A stretch of DNA of 64,000 nt from Promethearchaeota archaeon (GCA_019058245.1 JAHPZJ010000028.1:32001-96000); one strand, 5' to 3'. Numbered from the stretch's first letter, positions 31,445 through 42,310 are shown. A program made the numbers and translations. The notes: a model not told the origin generated them from the sequence alone.

Positions 31445-32056
31445 ATTATCGAAATAAACCATATTAAAATATTTTTTATCATTTCTATATTGTTATTTAT
31501 TATTGGCTTTATTTGGCCTCTTATAGTAGTAAAAAAGAACGGAAATGATCCTCATGGTACTCATGAGGGATATTCTTTATTGACACAGTGTAGTGCGGTA
31601 TCGATATTCTTATGGTTAGGGCTGATTATTTTCTTTATATTTTTCAATAATTTAATTGAAAATCTCTTGCGTCTATATTTCTTGTTAAATGATGTGTTAA
31701 TTATAACTGGGATGATTATCATTTTAATTGGATTTTTATTAGAAATATTAGGGATTATAGCACTTGGGATAAACTTTAGGATTGAACTCCCTACAGATGA
31801 GACTGAACTTGTAACTACAGGTATTTATAGAATTATGAGAAATCCTATAGTTTTTGGGATATTTTTACTTGTTATTGGTTCCTTTCTAATAATTCCAACA
31901 ATAATTGTGTTATTAATAGCAATTTTTAATATATTTACTTTTAATTCAAAAGCTATTGATGAAGAAAAATTTTTACTTAGCAGATTTGGTGATGAATATA
32001 AGAAATATAGTAATAAAGTAGGGCGATATTTACCCTTTAAATTAAAAAAAAATTAA
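31445..32056 (+). CDS. ICMT/PEMT-family membrane methyltransferase (paralog 2), probable ATT start
   Basis: LVTTGIYRIMRNPI, EEKFL..RFGDEY..Y..KVGR; ATT 6 nt after GGTGA. Confidence 0.8.
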   Translation: MIEINHIKIFFIISILLFIIGFIWPLIVVKKNGNDPHGTHEGYSLLTQCSAVSIFLWLGLIIFFIFFNNLIENLLRLYFLLNDVLIITGMIIILIGFLLEILGIIALGINFRIELPTDETELVTTGIYRIMRNPIVFGIFLLVIGSFLIIPTIIVLLIAIFNIFTFNSKAIDEEKFLLSRFGDEYKKYSNKVGRYLPFKLKKN

Positions 32057-32094
32057 GTTAAATATTATTAAAAAGTTCCTAGAGGTTTAGATTA

Positions 32095-32736
32095 ATTATT
32101 TCAATATTATGGACGATTAGATTAAGTTTAATTGGATGTTTATTTATTCTTATAGCGATTTTTGCATACTTTCTTAAAAATCGTGAGAAATACTCAGTAT
32201 TTTTAGAAAATCTTGCTCTAAATATCATTTCGGTTATTATTTTTAACATGTTTTGCTATATTCCCATGCTTCTTCCTTCTGATGAAAAAATTATACAAAA
32301 ACCTCAATTGCTTAATCACTTTTTAATTATTATATGGTTTGATGTATTAGCTTTGATTATAATGATATTAGGTGTGATTTTTTTATTATGGCCTGTTTTA
32401 AAGCGCAGAACGATTGGAGCTCAAGATACTGCGGGTAAATTATTGACAGACGGTATTTATTCATTTTGTAGACATCCAATTTATTTAGGAATAGTACTCA
32501 TATCTTTAGGATTTAGTTTAGGAGGGATTAATGTTGATGGATTATTAGTATTTCCATTGGTTCTATTGTTAAATTATGTTCAAGCAAAAATAGAAGAAAT
32601 TTATGATGTTGGAAGACGGTTTAAAGAGGAATATTCAAGATATAAGAGAAACACGAGATTATTTGGTCCAATATGGTTTTGGAGTTTTTTATTTATAAGT
32701 TTAATTTTTCCATTAGTAATTACTTCAATAATATAG
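32095..32736 (+). CDS. ICMT/PEMT-family membrane methyltransferase (paralog 3), probable ATT start
   Basis: LLTDGIYSFCRHPIYLG, EE...RF..EY..YK; frame is open for 51 codons upstream of the called ATG, back to a GAGGT SD. Confidence 0.75.
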   Translation: MISILWTIRLSLIGCLFILIAIFAYFLKNREKYSVFLENLALNIISVIIFNMFCYIPMLLPSDEKIIQKPQLLNHFLIIIWFDVLALIIMILGVIFLLWPVLKRRTIGAQDTAGKLLTDGIYSFCRHPIYLGIVLISLGFSLGGINVDGLLVFPLVLLLNYVQAKIEEIYDVGRRFKEEYSRYKRNTRLFGPIWFWSFLFISLIFPLVITSII

Positions 32737-32769
32737 GGTAAGGTTCATTCTGATTGTCCTAGATAACTT

Positions 32770-32988
32770 TTAGTAACGCTTTTTCATCCAAATAATAAAT
32801 TGAACTCTTGTAAATAATAAGATTCCTCCGAGGAGAAGTGCAATACCTATAGCCATTATTAATGGAGAATAATTTTCTGGAGAATTTATATAACTTATCA
32901 TCCAAAAAATAATAATTATAATTGCAATTAATATCATTAATAGAGAGACATTTCGAATTTTTTGATCTAATTTATCTGATTCATTCAT
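32770..32988 (-). CDS. Small two-TM membrane protein
   Basis: 72 aa, two hydrophobic helices, basic tail. Confidence 0.7.
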   Translation of the reverse strand: MNESDKLDQKIRNVSLLMILIAIIIIIFWMISYINSPENYSPLIMAIGIALLLGGILLFTRVQFIIWMKKRY

Positions 32989-33083
32989 ATTTACAGAATT
33001 AAGATTGTAATATAATCATTAAAAATTCATATTAGATTTGTTATATTTATTAAAAAGAGAATAAAAATATTTAAATCCATTTT

Positions 33084-35174
33084 ATGGTCCAACCATTTGG
33101 AAAAAAAATGACTTTGCATAAAGAAGGAAGAGTATATACACCTGAAAATTTAACAAATTACATAGCAAAAATTTCAATTGAAAAATTTCTAATAGATAGA
33201 ATAAATATAAAATTTTCAACTAAAATAAGGAGTATTTCAACCCTATTAGAAAAATATAATGAATCTGAAAATGCTGAACGAGATGTAATAGAGAATTCTA
33301 TTAATGTATATGATAAAGACCAATTAAAATATATTTTTGAAGTATTAAGGGATCTTAGTATATTAGATCCTGCTGTGGGGAGTGGACACCTTTTAACTGC
33401 TGCTTTAGATGTTTTAGAGAAATTATATTTCAATTTGCGAAGCCTAGGAATAATAAATTGGTCAAATTATAAAATAAGAAAAGAGATTATATCTAATAAT
33501 TTATTTGGAGTTGATATCAATAAAGAAGCAGTTGAAGTTACAAGAAATAGGTTGCTAATAGCTTTAAGTGAATCGATTTCAAACGAAAAAGATAATAATC
33601 TTTTCCCAAATATTGATTTAAATTTAAGAGTAGGAAATGCGCTAGTTGGATATACACATCAATCCGAAATTATTTCTCATAATTATAATAATCTAAATGA
33701 TAGTTTTTATGATGAAATTAAACAACTCTTTCAAACCCATAAAGACCTAAAATTCTCTAATTTAACAGTAGAAGAGAAAAAAATAAAATTATTAGAATTG
33801 AATCCTTTTCACTGGTTTTATGAATTTCCAAAAATTATGGAAAAAGGAGGTTTTGATATAATAATTGAAAATCCTCCTTATATTTCTAATAGACACCTTT
33901 CTCCTCTCGAAAAGGCAGTGTTTAAAAAAAGATATAAAACACCTAAAGGTTTAATGAATACTTTTGGAATCTTTATTGAGAGATCTATTAATTTATCTAA
34001 CTCAATGTCAATAAGTAGTTACATACTTCATAAAAATATTATTCGTTCTAATAATTATCATTTGTTGAGGAAATACCTTCTTGAATATACTACTATTGAA
34101 GAAATAATTGATATAGGAGACAGTGCTTTTCCATCCATAACTGCAGAAATAGTTATTTTTCTCATAAAAAAGGAATCCGCATCAAAAGATCATAAAATTA
34201 AAATAATAACTAATTTCAATAACCAAAATTTACTTTCAACTAGAGATATTTTAGTCAAGAAATTACCCCAAAAACTCTATTTAGAGCAAGAGAATTATAA
34301 TTTTAATTTAGAACTCCAATATGATGAACTTGAGATTATTAATTATATTAAAGAGAATAAAGAATATGTTTTAAATGATTTTTTTGAAGCCAGAACGTGT
34401 ATTGCCACTGGAAATGACACTAAATTCTTAAAAGATCATAAAGTTAACAGCAAGTTCAAAAAAACGCTCAGGGGTAAAAATATTGGTCGTTTTTATATAG
34501 AATTTGACGGATTATATGTTAATTATGACCCTAAAGCACTCCATAGGGCTCGGGAAGAATTGATATTTCAAAAACCTGAAAAATTAATAATGCAAACAAT
34601 TAGTTCAAATCTCACTGTAGCATATGACAATAATAAATATTATCCATTAAGTACTTGTATTGTGATAATCCCTAAAGATAATTTGGATGAAGTATTTAGT
34701 ATTAAATATCTTCTCTTATTGCTGAATTCGAAAGTTATGAACTTTTATTATGATTTTATATTTAATTTGGGCGCACGTTTAACTACTGAGATTTCTGTTA
34801 ATAATATTAATCGATTACCGCTTAAAGTACCTAAAAATTATGAGATTTTTGATAAGTTAACTGATATAATGACAGTGATGAATAAAAATATAGTTTTAAG
34901 AAATGAAAATAAATGTAAAATAGATTTTTTAGATGATTTAATAAATCATTTAATTTATGAGATTATTTTTTTAAATAAATTTCAAATAGATGGGTTAAAT
35001 ATCGAATTAATCAACAGAGTATCCTTATATCTTAAGAATCTAAAGCAGTTATCATTTGAAAGATTAGAGCTTTTTATTAAAAACTTACAAAGTGATGAGG
35101 ATATAAATAATGAAGTAGAAAATATTAACAAACATCCTTGGATTATTAAAATAGAAAAATACTTTGAAAAATAA
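33084..35174 (+). CDS. N6-adenine DNA methyltransferase (Eco57I/TaqI-like, gamma class) with target-recognition domain
   Basis: VYTP, ILDPAVGSG (motif I), FGVDIN, FHW..EFP, GFDIIIENPPY (motif IV), LLLNSK TaqI_C-like region. Confidence 0.88.
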   Translation: MVQPFGKKMTLHKEGRVYTPENLTNYIAKISIEKFLIDRINIKFSTKIRSISTLLEKYNESENAERDVIENSINVYDKDQLKYIFEVLRDLSILDPAVGSGHLLTAALDVLEKLYFNLRSLGIINWSNYKIRKEIISNNLFGVDINKEAVEVTRNRLLIALSESISNEKDNNLFPNIDLNLRVGNALVGYTHQSEIISHNYNNLNDSFYDEIKQLFQTHKDLKFSNLTVEEKKIKLLELNPFHWFYEFPKIMEKGGFDIIIENPPYISNRHLSPLEKAVFKKRYKTPKGLMNTFGIFIERSINLSNSMSISSYILHKNIIRSNNYHLLRKYLLEYTTIEEIIDIGDSAFPSITAEIVIFLIKKESASKDHKIKIITNFNNQNLLSTRDILVKKLPQKLYLEQENYNFNLELQYDELEIINYIKENKEYVLNDFFEARTCIATGNDTKFLKDHKVNSKFKKTLRGKNIGRFYIEFDGLYVNYDPKALHRAREELIFQKPEKLIMQTISSNLTVAYDNNKYYPLSTCIVIIPKDNLDEVFSIKYLLLLLNSKVMNFYYDFIFNLGARLTTEISVNNINRLPLKVPKNYEIFDKLTDIMTVMNKNIVLRNENKCKIDFLDDLINHLIYEIIFLNKFQIDGLNIELINRVSLYLKNLKQLSFERLELFIKNLQSDEDINNEVENINKHPWIIKIEKYFEK

Positions 35175-35209
35175 AAAAATAATGAAAGAATTAGTAGATT
35201 ATTACTTGA

Positions 35210-35515
35210 TTACAAACTTTTACCTAATACCTTAACCGCATCTCTCATTCCCATTACCATCTCAGTTTTCATTGAAAAACCTTCTATTTTCCAGAATGGC
35301 GTGAATAATTTTGAAACCTCGATTGCTGCTTCATCAGCTTTTCCTTTTTCTACAAAGATAATATTATAACCCTTTATTCCACGATTTTTATCAGGAGCAG
35401 CGAAAGTTTGCCATTTCTTTATATAAGGCGGAAATTTGCCTTGAACTTCTTGAAATGCTTTGAACCATTCATCAGTTTTATTATATGGGATCCATTGAGT
35501 AGTTATAAAAATCAT
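35210..35515 (-). CDS. Hypothetical small protein
   Basis: GAGGTGA SD, ATG start, coding composition. Confidence 0.8.
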   Translation of the reverse strand: MIFITTQWIPYNKTDEWFKAFQEVQGKFPPYIKKWQTFAAPDKNRGIKGYNIIFVEKGKADEAAIEVSKLFTPFWKIEGFSMKTEMVMGMRDAVKVLGKSL

Positions 35516-35661
35516 ATAGGTATCACCTCTCTAATTATTTATAATTAAGATTTAATTTTAAAATATTTTACATTTTTGTTAGTAAATATATAAATTTTTG
35601 CTTTTTTATAACTCAAGTTAGAAAATCATAATAGAAATTGTTCATTTTTTTATAATATTGT

Positions 35662-36153
35662 ATGTCAAGAATTAATTCTTCTGAATTTAAAGTTAAACTC
35701 AAAATTCAAATAAATAATTTACTAACTATTTATGAGCAAAAAACTGAATGTGGGATATTCTTTAAACTTAGTCCAGATAAATCACCTTTAGAGGTTGTTG
35801 GAGTATTAAATTTTTTACAAGATAAGATTAAGAAATGGGGAAACACAAATATCTTTAGTTATCATGGATCACTATTTGGTGGAGACTATGCTCTATTAGT
35901 CGGATCAAGGAATTTGGAGGAAGCCATAAGTATAATAATTTATATGTACCTTTCTAGTATTATAGACGCGAATTATGAAGATGATATTTTTTTACAGAAA
36001 ATAGAAACATCGATGGATCTTGAGCTACTTTTAAGAAATCACATTTCAGAACATATAGATAAAGGATATCCAGCTAACCGAGATTTAGAATCAGAATTAT
36101 CAACGCATCTAAACAAATTGATTAGAAAAAATCCCGAACAAACAATAAAATAG
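35662..36153 (+). CDS. Hypothetical protein
   Basis: 163-aa ORF with ATG start, no recognised motif. Confidence 0.7.
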   Translation: MSRINSSEFKVKLKIQINNLLTIYEQKTECGIFFKLSPDKSPLEVVGVLNFLQDKIKKWGNTNIFSYHGSLFGGDYALLVGSRNLEEAISIIIYMYLSSIIDANYEDDIFLQKIETSMDLELLLRNHISEHIDKGYPANRDLESELSTHLNKLIRKNPEQTIK

Positions 36154-36162
36154 AGATATAAC

Positions 36163-37506
36163 TTATTCTTTATTATTGGGGTTTCGCCGTTTAACATTTC
36201 TAGAAAGAAATAAAAGAGATAATAAAACAACAAGTCCAAAAAATACTTCAAAAACAAAAATTCCATATAAAAACACTTCTACAACATATCCAGCAATGAT
36301 TGGAGTTAATCCAAAACCGATCCCTATTAAGATTTCGTTAATAGTAGCGTATTTAGAAGTATTTTCCGCTGTACCATATTCAAGCATGATTTTCATCCCA
36401 CATCCATGGATTAATCCCAAAAACAACCCTACAAAAATTATAACAATTGAAGTAAATAAGAGATGATCTACAAGGATAATTGTTAAAGCCACCACTACTA
36501 TAAGAGGAACACTTAGCAGAGTTGTTATTTTTCTAGTATAAGGTTTCATATAATTTATCCAAGTTAATCCTAAGAGTTGGAAAAATTGTAGTCCGCCTTG
36601 TACAAGATAAGTTAGATAGGACGGGTTTTCAAAAGCCTTTAAAATCACAGGGTATCCAAATATAAAAATTGTTTTTGATATTGATAAAAAGACAATGCTT
36701 ATCCATGAAAACAATACTGGAAATATTAACATAGGTGTGTGGGAATTAATAGTTAAATCTTCTTTTAAATCCAAATGAGAAAGTGGATCTTCAGATTGAT
36801 AAATTACAATTTTTTCAGAAGTCTCAATTTCTGTATCCTTTCCTAAAAAGAAACTGACGGGAATTAATAAGAATGATATTAACCAAGAGGTAATCATTGC
36901 AAAATAATCATTCCAAGTAAAAGCCCATATAAAACCGATAACAAGCCCTCCAATAAAGCCAGCATTCCAAGAATAATTGAATAATGCAAAATTTTTCTTT
37001 GATTTCTCCTTACTGTCAATTTTTTGCCATTTACTTAATAAATAGGTGCAATTTGGCCAAAATAATCCCATTATTAATCCTAATAAAATTCGACATATTA
37101 TTAAGAACCAGAGTTCAGGATAAATTATTTGTGCACCTGTTAATCCAACTGTTAAAATACAGTTAAGAATAAGTGCATTACGAATCCCTAAAAATCTTTT
37201 GGTAATAAATTGCCCAAAAACTGGACCAATGATATAAACTAGAGAACCCACAGCACTTATAAATCCTAAAGCACTTGCACTTATATCAACAACAAAATAA
37301 AGATAATTTGCTAAAGCTCTTTCAAATATAGATACATAAAATAATCTTATAAAAGCAAGTGTAAATATTGGCCATGTCTGATTAGTTAATTTTGAGTTAG
37401 TGCCAAAAGTATTATTGTCTTGAATTCTATCTAACATCTCTATAATTTTATATTCACTGCAAAAAGATAATGTGTAAAATAATAAATTCCTCATATATTT
37501 TTTCAA
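36163..37506 (-). CDS. MFS transporter
   Basis: About 12 TM helices, CRILLGLIMG motif; true start probably MLDRIQ (about 37437). Confidence 0.85.
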   Translation of the reverse strand: MKKYMRNLLFYTLSFCSEYKIIEMLDRIQDNNTFGTNSKLTNQTWPIFTLAFIRLFYVSIFERALANYLYFVVDISASALGFISAVGSLVYIIGPVFGQFITKRFLGIRNALILNCILTVGLTGAQIIYPELWFLIICRILLGLIMGLFWPNCTYLLSKWQKIDSKEKSKKNFALFNYSWNAGFIGGLVIGFIWAFTWNDYFAMITSWLISFLLIPVSFFLGKDTEIETSEKIVIYQSEDPLSHLDLKEDLTINSHTPMLIFPVLFSWISIVFLSISKTIFIFGYPVILKAFENPSYLTYLVQGGLQFFQLLGLTWINYMKPYTRKITTLLSVPLIVVVALTIILVDHLLFTSIVIIFVGLFLGLIHGCGMKIMLEYGTAENTSKYATINEILIGIGFGLTPIIAGYVVEVFLYGIFVFEVFFGLVVLLSLLFLSRNVKRRNPNNKE

Positions 37507-37659
37507 ATGATTGAAAAGTGTTATTTGATAATATCTCGAGATTTTAATTTAATCTGTGTTTAAAATCTATTTGATCTAAAAATTTTGAAATTCATAAGCA
37601 TAAACTTATTAAAAAGAAATACTTACATTTCATAATCCCAATTTTAATAGGTTTTTTAA

Positions 37660-37914
37660 ATGGGAAAAGGAACAGTAAAATGGTTTAACAAGAAAAAGGG
37701 CTATGGTTTCATTACCCCCGATGATGGTTCTCCTGATATTTTTGTTCACTATTCTGCTATAGCAGGTGAAGATAGCGAATTCAAGATTGTGTATGAAGGA
37801 GACATTGTAGAATATGAGGTTACAGAAGGTCAAAAAGGACCACAAGCAAGTAATGTGACTATAATTGAAAAAGGCCCCCGAATGAGTTCCCAAGGTCGAA
37901 GATCTTTTTATTAA
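37660..37914 (+). CDS. cspA: Cold-shock domain protein
   Basis: [13 protein letters not shown] (RNP1), DIFVHYSAI (RNP2), KGPQASNV; basic C-terminal tail. Confidence 0.95.
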   Translation: MGKGTVKWFNKKKGYGFITPDDGSPDIFVHYSAIAGEDSEFKIVYEGDIVEYEVTEGQKGPQASNVTIIEKGPRMSSQGRRSFY

Positions 37915-38105
37915 TAAAGTTAATTATTAATTAGATTAAAGAGCAAAGGATTCAAATATTAGGAATTTTGGAAGATATGAAATATATGAAAGTGAGTTGA
38001 AACGCCTTTTTATTATTATTTTAAATCTTACATATTCCCTTTTTTTTAATTTTTTGATTACATTCTTTTTATTATAATCAACATTCACTATCTATTATTT
38101 TTCTG

Positions 38106-39626
38106 TTAGATATTAAATACTTCATTATCCTTTAACAGAATTGCATTTTCAAAATTTTCACTAAACCATTTAGGATTATCAGTATGTACAGGAATTATAA
38201 TATCAGGATCTATTGTTTCAACTGCCTTAATTAAGTCTGATTTTGAAACATGACCAGAAGCGTGATATCCTTTCATAAATTGTGGCTTAATTCGATTTTC
38301 CTCTTCAATCATATCAAATCCAATAATCTTAAATTCAAAAAATTTTAGCCAATAGTATAATCGTGCAAAATCGAATTCACTTTCTTCCTCAAAAGCTTCA
38401 CTTGAGGAATATATATATGTTCCTCCTTTAATTTTAATATCCAATAAATTTTTTATATCAAAAAGTGAAAAACATAAGATGTAACTATTAGGGTTATTAG
38501 AGATGGTTATTGGTTCCAAATAGTTAAAATCAATCTCCTTCGCAAGGATGGTATCTTCCCAGTATCTGGTTGAACTTCTCAAATCCTTATATATGAGCAT
38601 ATCTTCTATTCTATCAATTCCATCAGCTTTTTTGAGAGCATTTAATAGATAGGCATCTTTAGATGTAATAACAAGATTTTTACCCACTTTCTTCGCAATT
38701 TTTTTAAAAATTTCCAATCTTTCGAAATTTCTTGCAGAAAAATCTGCTATAACTAGGCCTTTTGAATTTTCAACTTCTTTCAAACAATTTTCATATACAG
38801 TGTCCTCAGATTCCTCAATATCTTTTCTAGCAGCACGAGTACCTTCAATTATTAAAACAGATGCGTTTTTTGCTTCATTGATGAAATTTTCACTTTTTCT
38901 AGCATTTTTACCGTGCAAACGAAAGTCACCTGTATATGCTATTGAATTATCTCCAGAAAGAATATAAGCTGTCGCTCCAAAAATTGAATGATCTACCTCA
39001 AATGAGTTAATTTCGAATTTTGAGGAGAAATCGTCTAGGTGACTTAAATTTCCATAATTGAGGTTTTTTTTACTTTTAGCATTCAGTTCCATAAATTCAA
39101 GCAATGAATCTTGAAATTCTTCTGTACACATTAAATCTCGGCCATAATAGGTATTCGTCTTTGATTCTAAAGTTCTCCCATCTCCTTTAGGTGTTCTTTT
39201 TGAATAGTAAATAGCATCAGGACCAAGTTTAACACTAGCAGAATCAAAAAATCCTTTAAGTAAGGCTAAAGTGATTGGAGATGCTCCAATAGGAATATCT
39301 GGATTGAGCAATCCAATATTACCAAAATGATCCATATGAGCATGACTTAGTAATATGGCATTTATATTTAGATTAGGAAATGATGAGATATCACAATCTG
39401 AAGTAATAATATCTTTTCGGTAAATTTTGTATTTAGGAATTAAATTTAGATAAAAGAGATCGTAAATACCTCGAGTACTTCTCGGTGATATATATTCTTG
39501 GAAAAAATATCCATATTTTTTGAAATTCATTCCAAAATCAAGAAGAATTCCCTCATCTTTTTCTTCTACATAGATCTTATTTCCTCCAATAGTATCATTT
39601 CCATCGAAAATTTTTATAGTTGTCAT
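38106..39626 (-). CDS. MBL-fold beta-CASP ribonuclease (RNase J-like)
   Basis: IGGN, LDFG, SHAHMDH, VDHS, YTGDFRLHG, HASGH, PVHT. Confidence 0.88.
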   Translation of the reverse strand: MTTIKIFDGNDTIGGNKIYVEEKDEGILLDFGMNFKKYGYFFQEYISPRSTRGIYDLFYLNLIPKYKIYRKDIITSDCDISSFPNLNINAILLSHAHMDHFGNIGLLNPDIPIGASPITLALLKGFFDSASVKLGPDAIYYSKRTPKGDGRTLESKTNTYYGRDLMCTEEFQDSLLEFMELNAKSKKNLNYGNLSHLDDFSSKFEINSFEVDHSIFGATAYILSGDNSIAYTGDFRLHGKNARKSENFINEAKNASVLIIEGTRAARKDIEESEDTVYENCLKEVENSKGLVIADFSARNFERLEIFKKIAKKVGKNLVITSKDAYLLNALKKADGIDRIEDMLIYKDLRSSTRYWEDTILAKEIDFNYLEPITISNNPNSYILCFSLFDIKNLLDIKIKGGTYIYSSSEAFEEESEFDFARLYYWLKFFEFKIIGFDMIEEENRIKPQFMKGYHASGHVSKSDLIKAVETIDPDIIIPVHTDNPKWFSENFENAILLKDNEVFNI

Positions 39627-39834
39627 TTTTTTGATTAGATTTAATTACTTTAGAAAAAAATTTTTTTTACAAAATAAATTACTATAAATCCTTTATTGAT
39701 TAGTTTATTTAATATCTACTAAAATTATTATTAATGTTTGATATTTTATTGGATTAGTTTATTAATAATATATATAAGTCTACTTTAAATTAAAGAAAGA
39801 ATAATTTAAAAAAGAATTACTATTAGTAGAAAAT

Positions 39835-41046
39835 ATGAATCAAAAAGTCCAAGAAAGGTCTTCTGACTTTTCAAAAATACTTGAATTTGTAATTTTTTTA
39901 TTATTTTTTTTAGGTCCTTTAACTGGTAATATTATCAATGTCTTATTTAATGTCCTTTCTTCTCAATTTCAAGTTACTCCTGATGAAATATTAATTGCAA
40001 TTCCAGCATTTATGTTTCCATTTGCGATTACTCAAATTTTTTCAGGTGCAATATCAGATATTAAAGGTAGAATTCCAGTATTAATTTTAGGGTTAAGTTT
40101 ATTTACAATAGCAATGTTAACAGCTGCCTTATCATTTAATCTAGAAATATATGTTATCGCAAATATAATAGGAGGTATCGGATTTGGTTTTATAAATCCT
40201 GTTCTTATAGCACTCATGACGGATATTAGTACTCCTTCTAACTTACCCAAAAAAATGGGGTATTTAGGAGCTAGCGCTAATCTAGGTGTAGGTATCGGTC
40301 CATTAATTGCCTCTCGGATGATTTTAATTGGCTGGCAGTCCATCTACATTTTATTCATTATTATTACTTTCTGCTCTTTAATATTTTTTCTTATATCTAC
40401 TAGACCTCCTCAAAAAATTCTAGAAGAATCAGGAATTCGAATCTTAATATCTCAATTATCACAGGAATGGCGCCGATTAATTGTGATTCTAATGATGATA
40501 TCTGCATTCTTACTTGCTCATACATACATAGCAATAAATATTTGGACTTCGAAAATTTTAACACAATCTAATGTTTTAGATGAAGAAATAATAGGAAATA
40601 TTCTTGGATTATCAGGTATTGGAGCAGCAATAACAGGATTAATAACAGGTTTTTTGATAAAACAAAAAGGAGTAAAACTGCCTTTAATTATAGGTTCACT
40701 GATACTTTTTTTTTCTATTATGACATTACTAATTATTGGAGATATTAGCAATCCAGTCATATTCATACTTTTGACAATTGCTTGGATATTAGCTGGATTT
40801 TCTGGTGGAATTCTTTATACTTCATTGACTTACTATTGTCAGGTTTTATCTCCAGAAAGACGAGGGGTTTTAGCAGGATTATTAACAGCAAGTTATTTCA
40901 TAGGAATTGCATTAGTCCCAATCACTCTATCACCATTCTCAAATGCTTTTGGTATTACTGGCATATATAGTGTTATTTTACTTATAACGATCATTTTCAT
41001 TATAAGTATATTTCTATTAAACACTTTAGCAAATCATAGAATATAA
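39835..41046 (+). CDS. MFS transporter
   Basis: GAISDIKGRIPV (motif A), about 12 TM helices. Confidence 0.9.
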   Translation: MNQKVQERSSDFSKILEFVIFLLFFLGPLTGNIINVLFNVLSSQFQVTPDEILIAIPAFMFPFAITQIFSGAISDIKGRIPVLILGLSLFTIAMLTAALSFNLEIYVIANIIGGIGFGFINPVLIALMTDISTPSNLPKKMGYLGASANLGVGIGPLIASRMILIGWQSIYILFIIITFCSLIFFLISTRPPQKILEESGIRILISQLSQEWRRLIVILMMISAFLLAHTYIAINIWTSKILTQSNVLDEEIIGNILGLSGIGAAITGLITGFLIKQKGVKLPLIIGSLILFFSIMTLLIIGDISNPVIFILLTIAWILAGFSGGILYTSLTYYCQVLSPERRGVLAGLLTASYFIGIALVPITLSPFSNAFGITGIYSVILLITIIFIISIFLLNTLANHRI

Positions 41047-41125
41047 AAAAAATATATTACAAAAAAAAAATAGATTTACTTCAATATATTTCTCTGAAAT
41101 TAGGAAGAAATCAATGTTTAACTTT

Positions 41126-41452
41126 CTAGGATTTAATCATTATTAGTATCATCTTAAACTTTTTTGGAGCATATAACGCATGTGGCTCATTAGCAGGCAT
41201 GATAATAATTTGTCCATTTTTAAGATGAAATTTCTCTTTTGATATAGTTATTTCGGCTTCTCCGTCAAATATAAAAACTAGAGCGTCAAATGGCGCTGTA
41301 TGTTCACTTAAACCTTCCCCTTTATCGAAAGAAAATAAGGTTACTGTACCAACATCTTTATTTATTAAAGCTCTACTCACAACAGAGTTTTCTTGGTAAT
41401 CGAGCATAGATTCTAAATTCATTATTTCTTTCTTGATATGTTTATCACTCAT
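41126..41452 (-). CDS. Cupin domain protein
   Basis: LSEHTAPFDA...GEAEI...MPANEPHAL. Confidence 0.92.
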   Translation of the reverse strand: MSDKHIKKEIMNLESMLDYQENSVVSRALINKDVGTVTLFSFDKGEGLSEHTAPFDALVFIFDGEAEITISKEKFHLKNGQIIIMPANEPHALYAPKKFKMILIMIKS

Positions 41453-41602
41453 GATCTTAATAGTTTTAAAATTATTGTTATAAAAATTAAAAAGAAAAAT
41501 ATAATTTAAAAATAAGAGCGAACATGTTTAATTAGATTATACTTAATTATCTCAGAATTCACATAGGAAATATAGAAATAATTAAAAATTAAAATATTAT
41601 GG

Positions 41603-42178
41603 TTACATTTCAACTGGAACTCGCCATTCTATTCCGCAATCGCCGCAATGATACTTTTTTCCATATATACGAGGATAATCGCAAATTATATGAGATTTAT
41701 CAATTATTTCTCGGATAAGTGTCTTATTTCTATTTCCACATTTAGGACATTCTCTTCTTGAGTCTCCTTGGAGTACGTCTCCTTTGTGCATTTCAAGAGG
41801 GGCTACATTTTCAGAGAAAATTGATTCTGGAACATATCTTTCAATTTTTTGCTTAATTGGTTCGATTTCCTCTTTTAAAATAGGTTCTTCAATCAATCTT
41901 TCTGACTCAATTGTTTCCGCTTCTATTTTAGGGGGTGATATTTCTGTTATGGATGAAGGAGTTCCAATGACAGGTTTTGGAGTTTCTATAATTACTTCTT
42001 TTTGTTCTGCATAACCCTTATCTCTATCTTCTAATTCTGCAATTTTTTTTTTAAGTTCTTCATTCTCCTTAATCAATTCCTTGATTAGGTCTTCATATTC
42101 TTGTGGAGTGAAATCTTTATTATCTTCCATATCTTTACTCATTTTTTGATTGTATATGATATTTACATAAGTAAACAT
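41603..42178 (-). CDS. Coiled coil + acidic/Pro linker + C-terminal zinc-ribbon protein
   Basis: LIKENEELKKKIAELE; CPKCG...CGDCG; true start probably MSKDMED. Confidence 0.75.
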   Translation of the reverse strand: MFTYVNIIYNQKMSKDMEDNKDFTPQEYEDLIKELIKENEELKKKIAELEDRDKGYAEQKEVIIETPKPVIGTPSSITEISPPKIEAETIESERLIEEPILKEEIEPIKQKIERYVPESIFSENVAPLEMHKGDVLQGDSRRECPKCGNRNKTLIREIIDKSHIICDYPRIYGKKYHCGDCGIEWRVPVEM

Positions 42179-42310
42179 TTCATATGAACATAATAAGAGG
42201 TCATATTAAAAAACTTAAGGAAATCTAAAATTTTTACGAAAGAAAAAAGATTTTTAAATTTTTAATTTATTTATTTTTATATTGTTAGAATACACTTGAG
42301 AGTGAATATA

